64,000 nt of DNA, taken from the human T2T-CHM13v2.0 reference genome, Homo sapiens. The notes below the pieces were generated by a model. It saw nothing but the letters and a program-made list of their open reading frames with translations. It had not been told where the DNA came from and searched no databases. Location of the stretch: NCBI RefSeq assembly GCF_009914755.1, contig NC_060940.1; one strand, given 5' to 3'. How positions within the stretch are numbered: the stretch's first letter is position 1; every line of letters begins with the position of its first letter. Position numbers and translations under genes: made by a program. Shown here one piece after another: positions 30,463 to 43,125 of the stretch.

Positions 30463-32036
30463 AGTCTTAACCACTTTTAAGTGTATAGTTCAGTAGTGTT
30501 ACATATATTCACATTGTTGTGCAACTGGTCTCCAGAACCTTCATCTTACAAAACTGCAACTGTATACCCATTAAACAACTTTCCACTTTCCACTCCTGGA
30601 AACCACCACTCTAGTTTCTGTTTCTATGAGTTTGACAACTCTAGGCATCTCATATTAGTGGAACCATACAATAAAGCTTTGTTTTAACTTTTCACCCTGA
30701 GCCTGGCTTAGACCAAGACTATGGCTAAAATAATTTTACTGCATATAGCTTAGAGCTGAATGAGCCATCCTGTAAGTTATAGCAGAAGACACAAGAGGTC
30801 AAGACTGTAGGTGAAAACTAAATGTGATGATCAGGTGGCCCATAGTAACCATGCCTTAGATGTGCTATTAACATCTTCTTGAATCTTTGACCTACGTTTG
30901 CAATAGGAAAAGGAGGTCTAGGATAAGCAGAAACTTCAGCTAGAAAGCTTGATGGCCTCACCCAACATCCATGCCCCTACCCCAAATGGAAGAGTTGGGC
31001 AGAAGCACTGGTCCCAGAGTGTGCAGAGTTAAGTACTTATTGAGTGCCTAGGGTACACTGGGTTCTTTTTCATATAAGCCATCTGCTTTTAATCCTCATG
31101 TTAATATTATAAAGTTGGTTATAATTGTACCTGTTTTATAGACAGGAAACTGGAACTAAGACAGTGACAGTCTTCTTCAGAATGCCAAAGTTAATCAATG
31201 ACAGAGATGGTATTTGACCTTGATTTCATTCTACCCTTCTTTACTTTCTGTTATGCAGTGGTAGTGGGGGTAATATATTCATGATCCTTGTATCAGGGAT
31301 GATCAAACTGAGTTAAGTTAGGCTAAGCAATTTTTAAAAAATTACACATTTAGCAGGTGATAGAAATAGGAGTTGAAATCAGGACATTATTAAAAATAAG
31401 CTGCAAGCCCTTCCAAGATTTGGGACTATCTTTACACAAAGGTTTGTGGAATTCTAGAAGTTAAAAAAGACATTAGTATGTGAGAAGTCTGCATGTGCAG
31501 GAATGATACTGGTGTGGTGACATACAGCAGTGCCTTCTTCAGAGGAAATGAAGGTCATGGGGATCATTTCATGGAAGCCCTTGAATAATCCACCTAAGAA
31601 TGGGTTCTTAATTTGGTAGGTAATCAGAGGGTTTTGAAGAATCTTGATTGAAGGTGATCAGAGCTTGTGCTTTTAGAAAAATCAATGCATACATTAGAAG
31701 GTGAAGCAACTGAATGTAAGCATTCTCTCTGAACATTAAAATTGGAATGACTTTATTGCTTCTCTGTATTCCCTTGACCTTTTCCCAATATCATCTGGGA
31801 AACCTTGTGTTATTTAACATTTAATACAAGACTGTTTTTCCCAAAGGCATTTGAGTAGTAAGGCTGAGATCTCAAACTTTTGTATATATACAAAAGAAGA
31901 CATTTTAATACTAAGTCGGTAAGTCAGAACAGAGAGTTTCAGTGATGAAGACTGAAATGTGAAATTCTACATGTTGTTTCTTAGTTGACTTTTAAATGGA
32001 TGAAATGATAACTATGTTGCAATGAAGCTTATACAA

Positions 32037-32042
32037 CACACA

Positions 32043-32077
<35 letters not shown>

Positions 32078-32078
32078 T
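32037..32078. repeat. (CA)n microsatellite
   Basis: About 20 CA units with one interruption. Confidence 0.95.
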
Positions 32079-33165
32079 TAGGATTCAGAATCATGGGCTA
32101 TTTTCTTTTACTTTCTTAATATTCTTCTCAGTAACACTAGAGGTCACTCAGACCCTGTCTTTAATTCAGTTTTGCCACGATTCATCTTTATTTAAGCTAC
32201 ATCTGAATTCCTGTTGTGGACTTGTATTTCTCTTTATGAATTATACAGCTCGCCTCTCTTAACCTGCTAATGTTAGTTTGTAACATTCCCTATTACACTG
32301 ATAGTTTAATTGACTAATTAACTTGTGCTAGTTTGCCAGATACTGGCACAAATGAGATTTTTCTTCATCTCTTCAATGGTGGATGTCAGCAACAGAGAGG
32401 CAGGTTGATTGGATGCAGAATGATTCTAATTTCAGAAAAATCAATGCGATAACCTTTGTGTTCAGACTGCATTTCTTCAAACATTTTATGTTCAGTTATA
32501 TAAAATCAGCTTTAATTTTTGTTTTCAGTCTATTTTTAACTTTTTTGGTTAGTCGTCTGTAGACATACACTCAAAACATTAGTTTATTCTGTGTACTAAT
32601 TATGTCATCTATATAGTTAACAATCTTTTATTAAATACATACTATATTCAAGAAACTGAGCCAGGCACTGAGAACACAGGGGTGAGTGACGGTAAAAATG
32701 ACCCAATAGACTTTTGTTCACATTCCCCTAAACTCTAAAATGTTGCAAAGTTGAGAATTGACTTACTTGAGTTCTTGAAGTATAAATTTAGTAAACTCTA
32801 GGGAAAAGAGGTGACCATCTTCTTCCATTTCTTATAATTTTCTTTCTCTCTCCTTACTCCTTCCAGCAGGTACACTGGTGGGCACCTGTTCTTGGGTCTT
32901 CACATAGCTCGCACCTAAAAGACATCTGTAATTGATTTTTCCAGCCACCTGAACCTGTTGTGACTGCTAGGGTATTGGCCATCAAAGGACTCCCTCAAGC
33001 AGAACGTTTTCATACCATTTTCACAAAGTCCTTGATTGATAGAGTTTTATTATGAACATAAGGCTGTTTTCTCAATTGACCAAAAAAAGAGGCAATCTTT
33101 GCTTTTCCTTTAGTTTCCTTCGTGAAAATTCCTTGGGAATGTGAAAATCACAACATGGTCGAGAG

Positions 33166-33355
33166 CAGCAATTCTCAAATTTTAGTGTAATTCAGAATCA
33201 GGTGGAGGGCTTTTAAAGGCCCACATTTCTGGGCTGTATCCTCAGAGTTTCTCGCTCAGTAGTTCTGGAACGAAGTCTGAGAATGTGTATTTCTAATAAT
33301 CTCCTGGGTAGTGCTGAAACTGTTAGTCCTGGGACCCTTGTTTATGAACCACTGG
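33166..33355. mobile_element. MER5A-like hAT fossil
   Basis: 'cagcaattctcaaattttagtg...cagaatca' ... 'atttctaataatctcctgggtagtgctga...gaaccactg'. Confidence 0.75.
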
Positions 33356-33769
33356 TCTGGAGGATAGAGCACCACACTTGGAGTTGGGAGACAGCTTCTA
33401 GGTTTAGTTTTGCCACAAACTAGGTAAAAATGAACAAGTGATCTATCCTTATGTGACATTAATATTTTATTCAAGTTTGCTTATAACTCCATTATGGTCA
33501 TTTCAAAAAATTGCAACCTAACATTTATGAGAATTGTGTTTTTTTTTCTCATTTCTCCTCCTTATTTTACCCATTTCTTCTGGCTCTAATCTAATTTACT
33601 TGGAGTTCCCTGAAGATGCTATACTTTTCCTTGCTATTGTTTATGCTGTGCCCTAGAACCCTCTCTTCCCTTTGATTAACTTATGAACTCCTATTCATCC
33701 TTCATGTACCACTTTAACAGTCATAACTGAGAAGCTTTACTTAACTTGTCTCTACCTCCAACTCCTCTT

Positions 33770-35349
33770 TTTTTTTTTTTTTTTTTTTTTATTGATCATT
33801 CTTGGGTGTTTCTCGCAGAGGGGGATTTGGCAGGGTCATAGGACAATAGTGGAGGGAAGGTCAGCAGATAAACAAGTGAACAAAGGTCTCTGGTTTTCCT
33901 AGGCAGAGTGTTTGTGTCCCTGGGTACTTGAGATTAGGGAGTGGTGATGACTCTTAACGAGCATGCTGCTTTCAAGCATCTGTTTAACAAAGCACATCTT
34001 GCACCGCCCTTAATCCATTTAACCCTGAGTGGACACAGCACATGTTTCAGAGAGCACAGGGTTGGAGGTAAGGTCACAGATCAACAGGATCCCAAGGCAG
34101 AAGAATTTTTCTTAGTACAGAACAAAATGAAAAGTCTCCCACGTCTACTTCTTTCTACACAGACACAGCAACCATCCGATTTCTCAATCTTTTCCCCACC
34201 TTTCCCCCTTTTCTATTCCACAAAACCGCCACTGTCATCATGGCCCGTTTTCAATGAGCTGTTGGGTACACCTCCCAGACGGGGTGGTGGCCGGGCAGAG
34301 GGGCTCCTCACTTCCCAGTAGGGGCGGCCAGGCAGAGGCGCCCCTCACCTCCCGGACGGGGCGGCTGGCCGGGCGGGGGGCTGACCCCCCCACCTCCCTC
34401 CCGGACGGGGCAGCTGGCCGGGTGGGGGGCTGACCCCCCCACCTCCCTCCCGGACGGGCGGCTGGCCGGGCGGGAGGCTGACCCCCCACCTCCTTCCCGG
34501 ACGGGGTGGCTGCCGGGCGGAGACGCTCCTCACTTCCCAGATGGGGTGGCAGCCGGGCGGAGGGGCTCCTCACTTCTCAGACGGGGCGGCTGCCGGGCGG
34601 AGGGTCTCCTCACTTCTCAGACGGGGCGGCCGGGCAGAGACTCTCCTCACCTCCCAGACGGGGTTGCGGCCGGGCCGAGGCGCTCCTCACATCCCAGATG
34701 GGGCGGCGGGGCTGAGGCGCTCCCCACATCTCAGACGATGGGCAGCCGGGCAGAGACGCTCCTCACTTCCTAGATGGGATGGCGACCAGGAAGAGGCGCT
34801 CCTCACTTCCTAGGTGGGATGGTGGCCGGGCAGAGAGGCTCCTCACTTTCCAGACTGGGCAGCCAGGCAGAGACGCTCCTCACTTCCCAGACGGGGTGGC
34901 GGCCGGGCAGAGGCTGCAATTTCGGGGCTTTGGGGGGCCAAGGCAGGCGGCTGGGAGGTGGAGGTTGTAGCGAGCCGAGATCACGCCACTGCACTCCAGC
35001 CTGGGCACCATTGAGCACTGAGTTAATGAGACTCTGTCTGCAATCCCGGCACCTTGGGAGGCCGAGGCTGGCGGATCACTCGCGGTTAGGAGCTGGAGAC
35101 CAGCCCGGCCAACACAGCGAAACCCCGTCTCCACCAAAAAAAATACGAAAATCAGTCAGGTGTGGCGGCGCACGCCTGCAATCGCAGGCACTCGGCAGGC
35201 TGAGGCAGGAGAATCAGGCAGGGAGGTTGCAGTGAGCCGAGATGGCAGCAGCACAGTCCAGCTTCGGCTCCGCATGAGAGGGAGACCGTGGAGGGAGAGG
35301 CAGAGGGAGAGGAGGGAGAGGGGGAGGGGGAGAGGGAGAGGAGGGAGAG
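33770..35349 (-). mobile_element. Full-length SVA_D retrotransposon
   Basis: Poly-T, SINE-R (~33791-34265), GC-rich VNTR (~34265-34915), Alu-like region (~34915-35280) and (AGAGGG)n-like hexamers (35290-35349). TSD tccaactcctctt (33757-33769) / tccagctcctctt (35350-35362). D-type 'gtcacagatcaacaggatcccaagg' and 'aaatgaaaagtctccc'. Confidence 0.93.
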
Positions 35350-36679
35350 TCCAGCTCCTCTTAATAAAGCTCATTATTCCTTTTAAAGTCTTCTCATGTT
35401 ACCTTGAACATAATATCTATCGTATTAATATAGGGCTCTTATTTGTTTATTGGACAACTGCTTCCCTTAGAGGATATAGAGTTTAATCATCTTTTTGACT
35501 CTAGTACCTAGTGCTTTCTAGTACAAAGCTGGCATTCAGTAAGTGTTTAGTGCCTGATCAAATCTATGTATGTTTCTGCTTTCCTTTCTATATTGTGAAT
35601 TCCTACATGTACATCTTCATCATTTTTGCTTTTTTGAGAAATTCATCTCTTCCTACATTATAGCTCAATTTTAATGAAGGTTAAATTGAATACAAAATGA
35701 AAGAGTTAGAATGAGAAGACTTCATATGTCTTTTAAAGTGTCTCCAGAGTCTAAGTGCAATACTGACTTTGTATTTTTGTATTGTGCAGTTATTGTAATT
35801 GAACCTGATTTTAATAATAATATGTGACATTTAGAAGTTCTTTTTTTTTTGCCATGGACTGCACTGAACACATTTTTGTAATTTTTGCAATTTTTACAAC
35901 CTAAAATGGGAGTTGCCTAGTTACTTGCGTTTTATAGAACAAAATACTGAGGTTGGACAAGGCAAAGTCACATGTTTAGTAAGGAATCTTGGATTCATAT
36001 TTATTAGACTATTATATTAAAAATAATTTTGAGAGGAGAAAAACATTTAACCAATGAATTTGAATTGCCAAGCACATGTCAACATTTAATGTAATATTCA
36101 CAAAGACAATGAAAGCAGGATACAGTAAATATTTTTGTCCCAGAAGTAAGATGGAAACAAGTTGTCTAGGGGTGTCCTAAGATAGAGTGACTTTGTAAAG
36201 CTTTGATAATGTGTCGCAACTTTGTGGCAGGGAAAGCAAACATACGTATTTTATGTCATTGGTTCTGGGGCAGAGCTCATGCTAAGCAGAAAAGCTGACA
36301 TAATTCCTGTTCTGTTGTTCGGCTGCCAAAGTCTTAGGCTAAAAAGAGGTGGTTACTGTTGAATGAATTAAGTCTTCCATGCTCCTAGGATTCTGGTTCT
36401 TCCAGGCTGAAAGTTAAGAAAAAGAGTGGGTTTTACCCATTGGCTGATGAAAATACTTGCTTACTTTGTCTCAGTGTTGGTTACAGCTCTGTGTGCAAAC
36501 AGAACATCCAAACAGCAAGGAACTTTGTTCCAGCCTCATTATATAAGGTTGCTTACACAGTCAGTTTGATTTGGTCACCAAATTCTAATCAATAAAATTT
36601 AGGCTGCAGTTGTTATTAGTGACACTATTGTCATTAGCAACATAAGGACTCTTTTTAACCTAGAAATGTATAATTACGA

Positions 36680-37530
36680 TGTTCTAGTCTGGATTTAACC
36701 ACATGTCCTCCTACCACTTAAAGTTGACACTGAGATGAGGACTTGATGCAGGATGCTATGGGTGGAATGTGTGTTTAACCCCAGCATTGATATGTTGAAA
36801 CTCTAATCCTCAATGTGATGGCATTCCAAGGTGGGGCTTTTATGAGGTAATTAGGGTTAGATTAGGTCATGAGGGTGGGGTCCACTTGATGAGATTAATG
36901 AGCTTATAAAGAGAGAGAGACATGATATCTCTCTCTCCTTCTGGCAAATGAGGATATAACAAGAAGGCAGCCATCTGTAAACCAGGAAGAGGGCCTCCAA
37001 GAAAGACCTAACCATGCTGGCACCCTCATCTTGAACTTCTATCCTCTAGAACTTGTGGGAATTAAATGTTTGCTGCCTAAGTCACCAGTCTGTGGTATTC
37101 TGTTAGAACACCCCAAACTGACTAAGATTCAGGGAGTTTGTTTTGGAGGCAATCACAGAAAGTGGAAGTGCAAGAATAAGGAAAGAGAGACAGACAAGAA
37201 AGGGAAAAAAACAACAACAACTGTAAAGTACGTGTTAACGAGCTGGTTACTGCTTAGAATTGTCCTACGGGAGGACAAGGAAGCTGGGACATTTATCCAT
37301 AGATTTTATCCCCCATTGGATGAGGATTACCTTGAGGGGCATAGACTCCCTCACATTTCTGGGTTGCACCTACATGTGGCTAAGCTACTTTTCCCAGCTT
37401 TTGAGAAAGCGATACAGTAGGACACCATGGACATTGGCAAAGAGGCACAGAGCTGCCCACCACATCAGTACTGAAATTAGGTGTGCAGAGGGGATATGTA
37501 TGGCACAATTCATCACAAATATCTGCTACA
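36680..37530 (-). mobile_element. LTR33/LTR16-like ERVL LTR interrupted by an MLT1A-like LTR (36754-37128, plus)
   Basis: Inner element 'tgctatgggtggaatgtgtg...ccaaactgactaaga'. The outer element ends 'atctgctaca'. Confidence 0.65.
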
Positions 37531-37924
37531 GATAACAAAAAGGCTTTCCTAGAAATAATGGCTGAAATGATGAAATAAATTGTTCGTGCCCTACTAATCC
37601 TTTTATATATTTCTGTATGTTTTTTTGTGTGTTTTGGGAGATTACAACCACTTCAAGTCAAATTTAGTTTATGGTTGGCAGTAGTGCCAACCTCTCATCA
37701 TTGAAAACTTTGCAAAATGCCAGTTTCTGGACAGTTTTGAAAAGACTGACAAAACTAAAACTTTAGTTTTCAAGATCATTAATGAATTACCTTTTACTAG
37801 ACAGTTAGGTCAGTGAATGGGAATAGGTGATTATAAGGCTAGAAAATGACTTACATTTAATAAAATAGCATTCAGAATTTTTGATTTAAAAATCATTTTA
37901 TTTCTAATTTGTCATTGCAGAGTA

Positions 37925-38119
<195 letters not shown>

Positions 38120-39484
38120 TAAAATATAAAGCAGGAAACTGTATCAATAACTTCCTACCCAGAAATAATCATGGTTACTGTACTGATATAATCCTTCCCA
38201 GTCAAAAAATTTTATTATAGATGTGAGTAGGTGATTTTTTTAATAATAAATGCCAGTTCCCTATTGAGTGGCAGGTAAGGAAACTAATATTTATTGAATG
38301 CTTTTTATTTGCTAGGCATCAAATTGAATGTTCTATACACCTTCCCTAATCCATCAGCCTCTGTACTGTTTGTTTTTAGGAAGCTACATTTTCAGCCCCA
38401 GAGGCCAGTCTACGTGCATTGGGTACTGCCTAGTGCCTGTCTCCAGTCATTGAAAGAGTGCTTTGTCTTCTACAGGCCCCAAGTAAGCAAGTCAGAAAGG
38501 TTAAGGGCAGCCTGGAAAATGCTGAGAAGTTTTTTATCTAATGGAAATGAAAATGGAATAGAGAGAGGGAGGAGGAAAGCAGGAAATGCATTAGAGTAAA
38601 GCAATGAAAGAGAAATTCTCTTACATTTGTTTTCCTTGCAGCACTATGTTATGTCTGTTTTTAGGTCTGCTTGTTCAAATGACTAAGCAGATTTTCCCAA
38701 TTAAACCATCATTTACAACCCTGCTCATCCCAAACGTGTAAATAAGCTTCCTTTGGGTTTGTCTGACAGGCATTTGCTTTGCATCATCATTGGTGTTTTG
38801 ACAACATTACCAGAGATGGAAACAATTCTGCCATACGCCCAAATTCTTCAAAACGCCTTTTTCCTTCCTTTATCTTTGATTCATTGGTGTAAATAAATAA
38901 AACCTGCCATACTGTGTCCTGTTTATCCTCTCTCTTTTCCTTTCCAATTCAAGAATTTAATTTGAAAATGGTTATTTTTAGCCCTGTTCTCAACTTGCTT
39001 GCTGAGAACAAGCTTATCCTCCATCCCTACCATGCTGCTGATTGCAGATAATGCAGCTGGCTTCAGGGTGGCAGGCACGATCCGAAAATATTACAGATAA
39101 GATTGATGGAAAAGTGGGTTGCGGTTGATAGAGACCCCTCTGAGGCCTAGGAAGCCTCAGAGCTTGCTTTTTAGGGTGAAGTTTGCATCTCCATGGGTAG
39201 GGGGAAAAAGCAGCTATTATAAACTGTCCCTCTTGGGTATTCTTGAGACTAAGGGGTGAGCTGAGCAGCCATGACTTAAGAAAATTGTTGACTCTAGGGT
39301 CAGAGAAAGGGCTATTTTTGAAACGATGTAGGAGAAAAGAGTCAGGAGGTGGACCAGATCCAGAGGTGGTTCAAGATGAAGCTTTCAGTTAAAGTATAAG
39401 CTGGCCAAGGTGGGAGGATTAGCCTAGGCAACATAGCTAGACCCTGTCTCTACAATAAAATATATGTTAAAAAGTTAAAATATA

Positions 39485-40100
39485 AACAGCACTTCAAATC
39501 TGATAACCTGTAGGCCACAAGTGGCCTGTAGACATGTTTCGTTTGGTTGCACAGTGTCTTTCTTTAAACAGGTATTTTTTTTTGTTGTTATTAAATTATA
39601 AATTCAATGTTCAATTATGTATTTAACATGAAATTGAATATTACATATTCATTAGATGATACATATTCAAATATGTATGTACACACTTACCATACACCAA
39701 GAACTGCTTTAAACTCTTCATAAATATCAAATAATTTATATCTCATAGTAGCCTTGAGAGTTAGGTTCCAACATTGTTCCCACTTTACAGATGAGGAAAT
39801 AGAGGCAAAGAGGGGTTAAATAGTTGTGCCATGTCATATATCTTGTACATGATACTAAAATAGTGACAGATTTTTACATATAAAACTAAAACTCAATATT
39901 TCTGACTTCCCTTGAATATTTGGGAGTTCTGGTGAATATTGGGCTCTCAATCCTTAGGGCAACAAATATCCCTATTAGAAAGGACATGCATGCTCTAGTT
40001 TGTCAGATTCTTCACATATTCCTATTTGTGATCGGTTGACTTTAAACATTTCTATTATTTTTCCATACTCCTGTAGGTATTTAAGAAAATAACATGTGGG
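39485..40100. mobile_element. MER102-like hAT fossil with an inserted MIR (~39640-39860)
   Basis: 'atttctgacttcccttgaatatttgggagttctgg...gggcaacaa...ggacatgcatgctctagtttg...cctgtaggtattt'. MIR core 'cactttacagatgaggaaatagaggc'. Confidence 0.5.
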
Positions 40101-40405
40101 ATAGAACCATAGTTTTCAAGTCAAGGAGGTAAAGCTTAGCAAAGAAAGGGATTGGAAAATGGCCATGGGAGATGGAGGAAGTCCTGAGAAACTGCTTAGA
40201 GTACAGTGGTCTCCGGCATCCTGCCACCCACCTGGGAAGTGACTATAGTCACTTTTCTATTCAGCAATATGTAGTAGATGACTGAAACTGAGCTGAATGC
40301 AGAGGACACACCTCTAGGTGAAAGTCGAGCAAAACTTCAAGTCTCATGGAAGAAAGTGCTGGATAATCTCTGCCCACTCTGTACATTACAAAGAGGAGGG
40401 AATGC

Positions 40406-40785
<380 letters not shown>

Positions 40786-42169
40786 TCACCACTTATGGCC
40801 ACGGAGATTATGCCCTGAAAACATAGCTTTCCTGACAGAGCATTAAGAATACAGAGCAGCAGTTGCAAATGCTGGAGAGAGCGCAGCAGGCAGAGGAAAG
40901 GAACAGAAGATGTGTGTTTGCTGAGAGGGACCTGGAACAGGTTGGGGAGGACACACTAGCTGCCTCTACTGGTTGAGGCATTGGCTTCTGAGTATCAATT
41001 TTTGTTTTTTAATGTGATGATTAAAAAAAAGTGTTGGCTTCATAGTTTTGCTGTAAAACTTACTTTGGGCAATACAGATAAAGTGCTTACAGGGAACATG
41101 ATGCGTTGCAAACACTCATCAATATGGCTATTAAACTTAGTATAAAAACTTGTACTACGTTTTTATTTTATAGTTTTTGGTATTGATAATGATAATGATG
41201 AGATTGATAGTATTTAAAACATTATTGTTATTAGAAATTCCACTTTGTGCCATGAAAACAAAAAATTTATGAGTTTCCATAAATGCACCATATGAAGATC
41301 CCAGTAGTAGAGCCATGGATGAAATAATGTACAATAAAGTGACCCTTAGGTGATGGGACATTGGGAAGCAGCAGATAAAATGAAAAAGCAAACCAAACAG
41401 AACAACAGCAACAAAAATCCACTCAAAAATGCTTTGACAAGATTTCTTTCTGCTGTGGAAATATATTTTATATATTTTCATATGAACTAAACCATCCGGG
41501 TTCCAATTTCTCCATATCCATGACCTTTGTAATTGATTGGAGAAGTAAAGAGAGACAATTCAGGTTTGAAAAGGTGATGGTTAGTTTCTTTCTCATATCC
41601 AAAGTTAAGCTAGACTCTGAAGTTCAAATCCTCATTATAATCCTCTTTATAGCACTTACAATTCAGAAACAACTTATTTGTTTGTGCAGATAGTCCAGCT
41701 CTGCATCGGTGTGCTTGTCCTAAAGGAAAACGAAGTGAGAGCTTCCTGCTAGAACAGCCCCACAGTCCTGCCAGCAGTTGTCATCTGGATCTGTCATATT
41801 TTGCCTCTATTAACATCTGATGTCACTGATCTCACAAAAGATGGAGAACTGATGTCCTTCCCGCTGTTGTGTATTCTCTCACCCTCACTTTCTATCAGTT
41901 TTTCCTTTCAGAAGACATAAGAGGATGATGAGCTACAGGAAACAAACCGAGTCTTATACACCTAAAATTGGGTTCAGGTGCCTTTGTTTCTTGCTTGCCC
42001 TCTCAAATAGTTGAAAGCTACAGGCTCAGCTAGGATGGCATGTTCCAATGTGGGAACTCAGGGGAAATTTCTGGCTTTTTCCTTTCTCTTCTCAGCATTC
42101 ATTAGTCCCACTAATAACAGCTTCTGGAGACTCATTTAGGAAGCACAGCATCTCCTCTCTTGGACCAAG

Positions 42170-42637
42170 AGGTGACACACCTTCAGCTCAGGGGTGTGTG
42201 AATGACCAGCCTGGCCATCAGTTGATCCAATCCCTGGTGCGACAGCATTTTCTTCAGGAATGGGCACATGCCCTAGTTAATCCAATCAGAGCTAATACTT
42301 TGACTGTTACCGGGGAGATTGGAAGGAAGTTGGCAGTCCTTTGTGCTGCTTTTATAGTTTAAAGATGAAAGACGGGAGCTTCCAGAGACCACATGGAGAG
42401 CTCCTGTTTGAGTATGAAATGTACACAGATGAAAGTGGAGCCAGGGCATGGGGAAAGAAAGAGAGGCAGAGAGATAGAGATCCATAGACAGGTGGACAGA
42501 TAGAGAGGGATAAGCTTGAAACCAACTCTCCTACTAGCCTTTTTCCATTACATGATTGAACAATTCCCCTGTTTTACTTATGTTACTTTGAGTTGAATCT
42601 TCATTAATTTGCAATTCTAAGAGTTATGACTAATAAA
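42170..42637 (+). mobile_element. Old MLT1 (J/K-like) MaLR LTR
   Basis: 'tcaggaatgggcacatgccctag..ccaatcagag' and 3' end 'ttgagttgaatcttcattaatttgcaattctaagagttatgactaata'. Confidence 0.5.
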
Positions 42638-43072
42638 TGTGTGCTCACAGCCATCTGGGTCCCAAGCCAAGTCTCGCCTTGCCTCTGAAGTCAGTTTGTT
42701 AATTCAGAAGGAGGAAGACAGTGAGGAAGAGAGCTGTGAAGCCAGGTGACCCAGAAATAGAGACAGTCACAAACATTCAAGTAGAGGGGCTGTGCTAACT
42801 TGGAGTTGGTTCTGAGCCATCGGGTGTGACAAATGGTATGAAGTGTGAATTTAAAGAGATGAAGTAAAAGGTTGCAACTCTTGACAATGACACTTTGTGG
42901 CTGGAAAGCCCCCATATGACAGCTGAAGTCACACTTCCTGAGGTCGTGTGAAAGATGATCAGCTTCTAGTTCTGCTCCTATCAAGCTGTGTATCCTAGTC
43001 TTCATTTCCCGTGTTCTTAGAATGTTACCAATAAAAGCATTGGTATTTTAAAATATCAATATTTATTGGTAT

Positions 43073-43125
43073 TTTATAAATACTGGTATACCAATATTTA
43101 TAAATACTGGTATACCAATATTTAT
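43073..43125. repeat. 24-bp AT-rich quasi-palindromic tandem repeat (about 2.2 copies)
   Basis: tttataaatactggtataccaata occurs twice (43073-43096, 43097-43120). Confidence 0.9.

Noticed and set aside
34265-34915. Repeat-spacer-like array resembling CRISPR
   Set aside because: It is the SVA VNTR (tandem GC-rich units without unique spacers) in human DNA.
33941-35486. Cluster of overlapping GC-rich ORFs up to 153 aa
   Set aside because: They lie in or start in the SVA SINE-R, VNTR or Alu-like region. Stop-poor repeat sequence explains them; they are not genes.
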